Shown piece by piece: positions 45,728 through 55,868 of a stretch of 64,000 nt of DNA; position 1 is the stretch's first letter; each line of letters opens with the position of its first letter. Both the position numbers and the translations under genes were made by a program. The notes under the pieces are model-generated. The model saw nothing but the letters and a program-made list of their open reading frames with translations. It was not told the origin of the DNA and made no database searches. The DNA is taken from the NCBI GenBank assembly GCA_965153285.1, contig OZ229111.1; one strand, written 5' to 3'. The DNA is from Podarcis tiliguerta. Its lineage: Eukaryota.

Positions 45728-46106
45728 CCATATTTTTATGTGTATAAGACTGCCCCCTACTTTTGGGGACCCCAAATTTAGAAAATGGGCATATGCACTA
45801 TCCGTGTACAGTGGTACCTCAGGTTACATACACTTCAGGTTACAGACTCCGCTAACCCAGAAATATTACCTCGGGTTAAGAACTTTGCTTCAGGATGAGA
45901 ACAGAAATCGTGCTCCGGCGGCGCAGCAGCAGCGGGAGACCCCATTAGCTAAAGTGGTGCTTCAGGGTAAGAACAGTTTCAGGTTAAGAACGGACCTCCA
46001 GAATGAATTAAGTACTTAACCCGAGGTACCACTGTATAAGACAGCCCCATATTTTAAACCTTATTTTAAAGTAAATAACCCTAGTTTTATACACTGAAAA
46101 GTATGG
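45728..46106. mobile_element. Tc1/mariner-type element (middle layer of the nest)
   Basis: TA-CCATATTTTTATGTGTATAAGACT ... AGTTTTATACACTGAAAAGTATGG-TA imperfect TIRs. Confidence 0.65.
45809..46034. mobile_element. Tc1/mariner MITE (innermost of a triple nest)
   Basis: Same TIR and TA TSD as the 39774 copy. Confidence 0.88.
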
Positions 46107-48546
46107 TAATTTATTTTATTGTATTGGGGGGTTTGTTGGCTTCCAGTTGAAACTTGCTGAAACTCCTCAATCCATGAACCCCAGGTTAAAAAACCCTGGT
46201 CTTAGATTATTTGAAGAAAGAACCTGAAACCTTTAAAGGCAGGTCCTTCTTTCACTGTAGAGCGAAAAGGGGATAATTCAGGCTGCTGTGAGATGTCTTT
46301 GTGAACAGTTTTTTAAAAGAAGAGGGAGCTGACACTTGTTTTCTTGTTTTATGCAATAAAATGTATGTATTGCATGATTGAAAGGGGGGGAACTCATGAA
46401 ATGGTTTACAAAAAGATAAAAAATTAAAAATGCAGCAGTGCTTTAAAACCTACAAAAGTTAAAATACTAAAAATTATCTCAACTTTCTTAGCATCTTGGT
46501 AGACTTGTCTAAACAAGAATGTTTTCAACAGGTGTCAAAAAGAGTACAGTTTATGGCTTAGGAGAATGTTTTCTTCCATAGAAAGTGTTTATTTACTTAT
46601 GTATTACTGCACATATATGGCATTTTCCTGCTAAGGGTGTACAGTTTAAAATACAGTACTAAAAAATGGAAAAATACAAAAAACGAAACAGCAAAATTGA
46701 CTCAGACCAGCCTGGGCTTCAAAGCTCTTTTGCAACAGAGCTTTGAACAGATTCTTCAGATCTGGAAGAAAGGTGGCCAGAGATCAGCACTTAAGAAAAG
46801 GAAATGAGTAGGGTTGAGCAAAACCGATGTGGTAAAAGCTACCTAAGCTATTTCTTCCTCCTTTTAAATAATTTTAAATTATTCATACATGAACAAACAT
46901 ACAACATATAATACATTCTTCATAGTAAGAGCATAAATGTAGAAAGCATTAAAAATTATATTCCTTTAGTTCTATTCACATAAATACGTATCAAATTTGT
47001 ACTAAAGCACTGTAAATATAAGGCAATCAATATTAATTTATTGTGTCAATCCCAACTTAAAACTTGCTCCTAATAGCTGACAAAAGGGGAACTACACCTT
47101 TTACAAGTGCTCTTTTTTCTGTCTTCTGCCACTTATTTCACTTTGTGTGCCTGTTTCGCCATCCTTTCAACATACCATATGTTGTTGAACCATTCTATAC
47201 TCACCTAGCTGGGACTAGTAAGCTTCGTTGAATTCAGTGAGACTTTCTTAGTAAATTTGTAATTCTACATAGGATTGCTTGGAAGTAAGCCCCATTGAAC
47301 ACAGGGGGGGCTTATTTCTGAGGAAGCATGCATAGGATTACATGGTAATCCATCACTAGTTATACGCAGAATACTCCCATTGAAATCATTGGAATTAAGT
47401 AATTTAAGTCCCAACTCTGTCTACGACTTAGTTGGGCATCACTCTATGCCTCAAATAAGAAAGTCCTAGGTTTAAATGTTGTGTCAACCATGAATTCACC
47501 ATGTATTCTTAAAGCACTCTTGAACTCGCGTCTCCCACCCATGATATGGAACTAACAATACTGCTCTACCTTACAGAGAGTTGTAAATATTTTAACAAGT
47601 GAATGTATGTGAAATACTTTGAATACTAAGCACTATTCTAAATAATAGTAGTCTTGATTCATCTTTGCCACCCAGCTCTGAACTTTCATAGGATTTTCTG
47701 TGAACATTATGCTCCTTTCATTTCAAGTAATATCACTGTTTTGGGTTAAAGCAATGGAAACTAATTAAACAATGGAAACAAACAATATATGTCTTTTAAA
47801 ATTAAGCATTCTTAAAAGGAAAGAAGATGTGGGCTGAGACAAGGGCTTGCTTTTTCCATTTTTTATATGCTCTCAAATGATAGATTATATTATAATCTTG
47901 ACTTTAGTAGGAGTTTTTTGCTGTCTACAATTGGAATGGAAGCCAGCTGGATTTATAACCTAAATAGAGCAAGATTTTGCAGAAGCAGGGGAGCCGGTGG
48001 TGTGGCTCCTTTTACTTCCTTGAAGAAATGGATTTGGTCATATATGGTGGGGTGAAAAAGTCTGTGCAACAGCGGACCAAAGAACTCTTTCCATTCCCAG
48101 CTGTTTTCACATTTCCTTCTTAGCACCCTCCAGTGCCAACACCATCATACAGAACCTGGAGCCAACAGCAAAATCCCTTTGGATTATGCTTAAATTTGAA
48201 ACTAACTGACAGGGAGTGTATTGGAGATAAAGAGCTTAGAAAAGAATGAGGGATCCAAGTTTTGTTAAATGCCTTGTGCTGATATATGGCTATGACTTTT
48301 GTGAAAGTTTGCTTTGTGGGGTGACTGGAGTTCAGTTCTTGCACTCAGAAACTTGCTCTTCACATGCTTTGTCCAAAACAGCACTTGTCTTCACAGTGTG
48401 CCTAAACATGCCCTGCTCATGGTGGCTAGTCCCTCAGAGAGAAAAAGAAGAGAGAGATGGTCCTCTGTCTTTTCACGTGTCCCACAAAAGATCATAGATG
48501 ACTAGTAATCTTGCCAGTAGCATATGCCCCCAAGTAAATGTGAGAC

Positions 48547-48814
48547 TGAAAGGACAGATCGTGAAGCTGAGGCTCCAATACTTTGGCCACCTCATGAGAA
48601 GAGAAGACTCCCTGGAAAAGACCCTGATGTTGGGAAAGATGGAGGGCACAAGGAGAAGGGGACGACAGAGGATGAGATGGTTGGGTAGTGTTCTTGAAGC
48701 TACCAGCATGAGTTTGATCAAACAACAGGAGGCAGGGGAAGACAGAAGTGCCTGGTGTGCTCTGGTCCATGGGGTCAGGAAGAGTCGGACACGACTAAAC
48801 GACTAAACAACAAC
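48547..48814 (+). mobile_element. 5'-truncated RTE/BovB LINE 3' end
   Basis: Encodes KLRLQYFGHLMRREDSLEKTLMLGKMEG..RRRGRQRMRW; (CAA)n tail; perfect 11-bp TSD AAATGTGAGAC. Confidence 0.92.
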
Positions 48815-49455
48815 AAATGTGAGACAAAAGCATAGGAGGGAAGACCATTCTATGGATTCATTTTTCAACAGTGCTTCTTGTTAGATTTAATGGGTAGCAG
48901 GGGAGCATGTGATTCGATTTTACAGCAGGGGTGCCAACTGGAATAAAATATTGGGGGGATAGATAAACCCCACCACACATAATCACATGGCACGATGCGC
49001 GCACACACACACACCATTTGAATGGCAATGCCTATCAACTGGGGGGGGGGGGCTCCTATGTTTTACAGTACACTAAACCATCAAAGTAGACTTGTTAAGC
49101 ACATTATAGTTTAAAGTCTAGCAGCACAACTGTTTCTGAGCCATACATTTTAAAAGCAATAATTAAGTAACTCTCTACATATGTAGTTAAATGAGGAACA
49201 TGACAGTAAATCAACACAGTCACAAAGGGGAATTACAGGCAAAAATAAAATAGATGCTGGACCACATAAAATTTAAAACCATAAACAGTTCATAAATTTT
49301 GTAATGATACAGGTGAAAACCATCAACCAAAAATGACAACAGGGTGATGGAGTATATGTTCACATTAATGCTTACTCCACTTCCAGTGCATTCCCACTTC
49401 TAGTTTTTGAAGTCACATTCACACAGTGTTAGCCACAATCCATATCTAACCTGTA

Positions 49456-49730
49456 AAGGTAAAGGGACCCCTGACCATTAGGTCCAGTCGTGGCCAACTG
49501 GGGTTGCGGCGCTCATCTCTGGCGAACCAGAGCAGCGCATGGAAACGTCGTTTACCTTTCCATCGGAGGTATTTATCTACCTGCACTTTGATGTGCTTTC
49601 AAACTGCTAGGTTGGCAGGAGCAGGGACCGAGCAATGGAAGCTCACCCTGTCACAGGGATTCAAACCGCCGACCTTCTGATCGACAAGTCCTAGGCTCTG
49701 TGGTTTAACCATCAGCGCCACCCACGTCCC
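49456..49730 (-). mobile_element. Sauria SINE with internal deletion
   Basis: Same head and tail; TSD ATCTAAC(C/T)TGTA at 49444-49455 and 49734-49745. Confidence 0.85.
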
Positions 49731-50261
49731 TTCATCTAACTTGTAGTTTCTTGATATATACAGCTGTTTGATGTGTGTTTTCCCAAACCATCTTCAATCC
49801 AATTAGAGAACTTGAGCCACATTCATTTCATGCTTAAGCCAGGTGCATACAATTGAGACTGCCATTGGCCATGCACAGGTAAGAGCTTAATAAATAATTC
49901 TGCAAGGAGGGTTGCAGTGACAGGGTGGAGACTTCCCTACCGCATCTCTGATGTGAACACTGTACAAATGCAGCTTGAAACACAGCGTTAGGGGATGACC
50001 TCACTGCATTTTAAGTCACTAATGTGAACATACCTGGAGTACTCTGTGTTTCATTCAACCTAGTTTTAGCAGCACATTGCCAGGATTTGTTCTCTGATAC
50101 AGATCAAAGAGCAGCAATGAAGGCATGTGTTGGGCGTCTGCATTTCCATTGCTATAATGTGCGTGGTCTTTAATGCCAAGTATTTACTTCCATGAAGGGA
50201 TAGTGATAGCTAATTAATAAATAACTACTACCTTGAAAAATCTCTGGCAACAATAGTCACC

Positions 50262-51021
50262 GTACGCCACAATTACCTCATTACGTAAATCATGTTTAGA
50301 ACACCACAACACACACGTAACTGGCTGTAAAGTAACATAACATTATATGTAATAAAACTGTAATTTAATCATCATATCAAAAAATTGCAAAGCACAGTTC
50401 CTGATGGCAATAACATATATTACTATTAACCATCTATATGTATTTATTGTCGTAAAGTCCAAGGATTGTCATCCAAAGATTGTCAAGTCCAACGATTACA
50501 AGGTACAGTTCCTGTTGGCAATGCCATTTCATACTGATATCTTCCTTCTGCATCGTCCTATGTCTTAAAAGTGCAACAAACGAAACTTCCTTCTGCATCG
50601 TCCTATGTCTTGAGAGTGTAGCAAACGGAACTATGTAGTAACAACAAGGCAGCTGATGATAGACCAGTTCTCAGGACACACTCTTGTTTCACCCATTGGG
50701 CTTCTTCAGTGACAAGGTTTCCAGGTGCAGGCAATTAGAATTAAACATTCTCAAAGAGAAATAATCTTTAATAATGTTTAATTCTAATTGCCTGCATCTG
50801 CCCCATTGCAGGGGTTGCTCCTATATAGCTTAGTTTCAATGGTCATTGATACGGAGCCTCTCTGACTGGCAACTTCTGCATTCCTGTGGACTACTTTCGG
50901 CTGAAAAAACCTACTGAAAAATCTCCTGGAAACCTTGTCAATTTAAATTAAATTCCAGTTTTATTACATATATTGTAATGTTATGTTACTTTACAGCCAG
51001 TTACGTGTGTGTTGTGTTCTA
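50262..51021 (-). mobile_element. Non-autonomous Penelope-like/retrozyme-like insertion with inverted end copy and hammerhead-like core
   Basis: 13-bp TSD AACAATAGTCACC (50249-50261, 51022-51034); ~75-bp inverted repeat 50293-50369/50947-51025; CTGAAGA-stem-GAAAC on minus strand. Confidence 0.65.
50681..50940 (-). ncRNA. Putative hammerhead-ribozyme-like fold (type III topology, long loop I, 5' stem-III strand absent)
   Basis: 16-bp perfect stem 50925-50940/50710-50725 abutting CUGAAGA (50709-50703), stem II GCCC-AAU-GGGU, GAAAC (50690-50686). Confidence 0.5.
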
Positions 51022-52611
51022 AACAATAGTCACCCTGCATTTTTTGCAAGGGTCTGAAAATGGCAAATAAACCTCCACTACTACTACCCATCCACACTTC
51101 CTAGTAAACTGACAGAAATGGCTTGCCAGGTTGAGTTCTTGCAGGTTAAATTAGTTCTACAATTCTAAGATTTTTTTTTTTATCTCTCTGATAACTGGTC
51201 GAACATGTTGTTTTATTTCTAGTGGTGTGGTTCATCATGTAAGAAGTATTATAACCTTAAATGCACAGTAATGCAGAGCCACACATTTCAGGGATGGCCG
51301 TAGAAGTTATAATAACCTGGTTTGGAATCACTCTGGAACTAAACAGGAATGGTTTGACCTCAGTGTGTTGTGGAGAACTCTGCAGGGGTTACAAAGACAG
51401 TGTCAGAATTCTTGTCTCTGTTATTCCTTACTTGTCATTTGAGTCCATGCGAGTCACTTCACTTCTCTGCTCAACTGGTTGTCTCTCTTCCTGGGGTATT
51501 GAATCATGAGTGTTAATTCAAGCTTATGTGCCAACTATTGGAATGTTTCTTTGATGGACATACTATTTTAGTCCTGGAACCTTTCAGAATGGAACTCAGT
51601 TGTCCTAAAGCAAGTTTGGAGGGCCATTTTTGGCTTTGGTGAAAAACACTGAGCTAAAAGACCAGAAATGTGGCTATTTCTTTTATTGGAAAAGGTAAAA
51701 AAGGGGAGGAAGAATCCAGGATTCATCATTGTGGGTTGGGAAAAACCAGAACTTAAAACATATACACACATTTCCTAATGTTCAGACAGAATTATCCAAT
51801 AAGTTTTAAAATGTTAGCCTTCTTGCTGAATATCCAACTTTTCTGTTTAAGACAAAAATTGCACTCAGATATCATTAACCTTATTTCACAAATGAAGCCT
51901 GTTCTATTTACCTTTATCTTGTGTATCAATGGGGAAAGTGAGGGTTCCTTTTGTGTGTTTATAGAGATGAACTTCATTATCTTTCTAGGAAGATAGCCTC
52001 CCCCCTGAAAGTTTGCATAGCAGCTAAAACAGGAATGGAAAGGTTTCTTATTTAGGATTGCACAATAGCAGTGGGCTATGCTTTTGCAAAACTGAGGTCA
52101 GATCATCAAAAATAGCACACGCTACAAGCTGGGAGTGAGTCAGGGTAGAAGCAGCAGGGGCCAGAGCATGGAATTTCACTGGAGTTATTCATCAGTGGTT
52201 GAGCAGTTGCCCATTGATGGATGTCAGCTGCCCAGGTTTGAACATAAATGTTCAGACAGTAGGACATTTCCTGGTCATACCATTGAGTTGCATACAGCTA
52301 ATGATTGTGTGTCACTAGCATGACAAGCTAACATAGTTCTCTGAGGCACTTAATTTTTCCATGTTGCGTAAGAGTTGTGTTAAGAAGTCAACTCTTTGTG
52401 TTGGGTTCCCCAGTCCCAGACTTAGTGCACAGTTTGCTCATAAAACTGGTTGGATAAAGACTCAGTGGAGGGCTCAGAGTATGTTGGAGCCACCCAGCTT
52501 TCAGTTTGCTTGAGCTCATCTTTACAAGTGCTTGGTGGGGCAGGAGAATAACCTGAATCAATGATACAGGATTATCACCCATAGTAGGGGGATGAATAGT
52601 ACTCTCATAAA

Positions 52612-52747
52612 CAGGCATAGGCAAACTTGGCCCTCCAGATGTTTTGGGACTACAGTTCCCATCATCCTTGACCACTGGTCCTGTTAGCTAGGGATGATAC
52701 GAGTTGTAGTCCCAAACATCTGGAAGTCCAGAGTTTGCCTATGCCTG
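52612..52747. mobile_element. hAT MITE
   Basis: Same family; TSD CTC(A/T)TAAA. Confidence 0.88.
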
Positions 52748-53678
52748 CTCTTAAAAATTCAATGTCATTACCTAATCTCAATGACTTAAGGAGCTGAGGC
52801 TGCATACACACTACACTTGTAAGGCATATTCAAAGTACACCCACCCCTTCAAAGAATTCTGGGCACTGTAATTTGTGAAGAGTTGCTGAGAATTTCAACT
52901 CTTTGAGGAGTAAACTAAAAGTGCCTGGAATTCTTCGAGGAGAAGAATGTGCTTCAGATATTTCAAATGTACCTTAAAATTGCCTCTGATGCCACCAGTA
53001 CCTTCATCGAGACCAAATCCATCCCAGCTAATGGAAAGTGGAGAGTCTTTGATTTGTCCATTTGAAATGTGAGCTGACAGCAACAATTGAACTAAGTTTA
53101 ATTATTGATTGGATCACACATTCATTTAATTAGCCAGTCGATATTTAGATTTCAGCAGCTAGCATTGGGTTCATAATGGTTTAGAGCTGGAGAAGAGGAG
53201 TAGTTGGTTCCAGGCCAAACTAAAGAAATGGTCAGATTGCAGGACTTGCCATCAAAAACTTTGGGCCTCAGCCACTTTTTCCACACTGAACTATTAGAGG
53301 CTTGACTATGAAGCCATGGTCCTTAGATTAGACGCATGCCTCCAGTGGTTTGAAGGAACCTTAGGATGCCAAGATTTTAGCAGTCGGTATTCTATTGTGT
53401 AAGAGCAGAGACCAGAGTGAGGTGACCTCCGGATGAAAATATGTGACCAGGGTGAATAGTCTTGCCACAAAAGAGGAGCATGAACTTAATGGTTTTGTCA
53501 TCATCCAGTCTTAACATTCTAAGATTCCTGGTGTTAAGAAACAGGCAGGATCAAACACCCCAATGTCGGAATCATGGCAGCACTTTCATTGTAAATAGGC
53601 TTATGGATGGATCTGGGCTAAGTACATTCCTGAGGACCCCATAGTACTTGGCAAGAGAGGTTCCTGTCTTTAGAAGTA

Positions 53679-53896
53679 CAGTGATACCTCGGGTTAAGAA
53701 CTTAATTCGTTCTGGAGGTCTGTTCTTAACCTGAAACTATTCTTAACCTGAAGCACCACTTTAGCTAATGGGGCCTCCTGCTGCCGCTGCTGCACGATTT
53801 CTGTTCTCATCCTGAAGCAAAGTTCTTAACCTGAGGTAATAGTTCTGGGTTAGCGGAGTCTGTAACCTGAAGCGTATATAACCCGAGGTACCACTG
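53679..53896. mobile_element. Tc1/mariner MITE (opposite orientation to the 39774 copy)
   Basis: TIRs and TA TSD. Confidence 0.88.
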
Positions 53897-54817
53897 TAAT
53901 GTGCAGCCCTCGCATTTCTTAGTTGAGCTGCCTCAGGAGTTAAGGAAAAGAAAGCACACCAAGTGAGTGAGAAGACAAGGCAACTCAGTGCCAGGAATAC
54001 CATAGCAATTCTAAGCAGTGTCTGTGATATGTACACCAATGATCTTTTCCTTAGTGTCTTATCCACTGACTATTACTGGGATGGAAAGGCTGATCTGGAG
54101 CCAAAGAGTTTTTCTCTCTCAATGTGTGAAACTCACTGAAGCATGTGATGTGCCAGGTGACCATCAGTGGCAGTAAAATGGCCTCCTGGTAGCGCCTGCA
54201 CTTCCAAAGCATCATGACTATCCTTGCAGTCTGTGAGCTGAAGACAGTGGCTATTGGTCTGCATTAGGAGAAATGAGTGGCATTTTTTAATATCCACGTA
54301 CATGTCAAGAATTTTGCTTCCCCGGATTTGTTATTTTTAATTTAAATTCTCTGTCAGGGTCCCAAGGAGGCTGCTTGCCATCCCTAGCTTAAACGTATAT
54401 GGGATCTGCAATGAATTACGGCTGAATCCCCGCCAGCCCCTTTCTGGTAACATTTAAGACAACGCCTGGCCGGGGCCCAAACCTCGTCTGCTAGAAATGC
54501 ACAGCTAAGCTCTGACAGGAGTTAAGATACAGCAGGATGCATGTGGGACTGAAACAAGTTTGGGGATATGGGGCAACAGGTTCGGGGATATGGGGCAGCA
54601 ACTTCTGTGCTCAGTAGTCGGGTAATCCTGTAACAGGAGGGAGAGTTGTGAACAAAACACCTTGCCAAATATATCACTTGAGGCAACTAGGAGGGAAGGT
54701 CTGGCTCGTTTCCTTCCAGTTGTCGAAGCCTGAAATGCATCAACTCTTACCCACCCCTCAAGGTCTTGTCAAGCTTTTCTCAAACAAGACTTTTCTCTCA
54801 GAAGTTTTTGCTTAAAG

Positions 54818-55103
54818 CAGGGTGGGGAACCTTTTTGCTGTCAAGAGCCTCATTCCCTCAGGAGTAATGGGGTGGGGGCGGGGGCAGGGAGAGGGGGCGG
54901 GAGCCAGTGGCATGTCAACAGTGGGAAGGGCCAGAGTCCAAAGTGGGCTGGATACCCTCTTTCTCCCCCACCCCAAGAAGGATTCTGGCTTGGGAAGAGA
55001 CAGAAGGTTCTTGTCAGAAGTCTGAACAAGTCACTTGCAGGGCTGGGTGTAATTTTAAAAGTTATCTGCATGTGGCCTTAGGGTTTCACGTTGCCCACCC
55101 CTG
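54818..55103. mobile_element. hAT-type non-autonomous element
   Basis: CAGGGTGGGGAAC ... GTTGCCCACCCCTG termini; degenerate 8-bp TSD. Confidence 0.6.
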
Positions 55104-55819
55104 TCTCAAAGTCTCCTCTCAGCAGCTGGTTGAGCAGGGAGAGGGGTTTGTTTGTTTTTTGGTGGGGATGGGGAACATTTGGAAAAGTTGTTTTCTATGA
55201 AAAGAGGCTACTAATGAAGGCTCTGAAGACCCACTGATCCTTGTTGAGGTTTATTATTATTTTTTCAGAGTGGCAAACACAACTATAATAAAGCATTGCC
55301 AAAAAAAAGTTGCAAAAACACTTATTTCAGAGTCGCCAGGAACAGTGTCTTTCAGACATCAAATGCCTGGTTAAAGAGGAATGTGTTTAAATTTCCCATG
55401 AAAGTCAATAATGGGAGAAATGGGGAACATTCCACAAATGGGGAAGTGCCGCTGAAAAGGCCCTGTCATAGCTCATCTCCAACTAGACAGTTTCTGGTGA
55501 CAGCACTACCAGAAGGTTATGGAAGCAGACGTTGAAACGCAAGTCAAGTGTGTTACTAGGCACTGCTTAAGTTAAAGGCCAAAAAGTCTCTTATTCCAGA
55601 AAAACCACAGCTCCTTAGGTGTCTTTTTTGCATCAGACACTAATCTCCTAAAGGCCTGTTTGGAATCAGGCACTGGCAGCTTCACAGAAGAGACCTGTCT
55701 TCACAGAACGGAAATTGCACAAGGACAGGTCTGCACACGAAGCAGAATTAGTAGAGTTCTGAGTGGATAGAACAGGGTGCTGTACTCCAGACAGCAGTTT
55801 GTTCCAAACACCCTGGAAG

Positions 55820-55823
<4 letters not shown>

Positions 55824-55867
<44 letters not shown>
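55824..55867. repeat. (GT)n microsatellite
   Basis: Direct observation. Confidence 0.95.

Positions 55868-55868
<1 letters not shown>

Larger units (their letters stand above)
45628..46198. mobile_element. hAT-Charlie-like non-autonomous element (outer layer of the nest)
   Basis: CAGTGGTTCTTAA ... TTAAAAAACCCTG termini; degenerate TSD GTCTAGGT/GTCTTAGA. Confidence 0.65.

Noticed and set aside
48498-48806. 102-aa ORF as a host gene
   Set aside because: It is the truncated C-terminus of a BovB/RTE ORF inside a TSD-flanked insertion
50540-50632. Direct repeats with a spacer resembling a CRISPR array
   Set aside because: Only two units, the spacers are similar to each other, the context is vertebrate and there are no cas genes
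50653-50690. Second hammerhead core on + strand (CTGATGA at ~50653)
   Set aside because: No stem II followed by GAAA downstream on that strand
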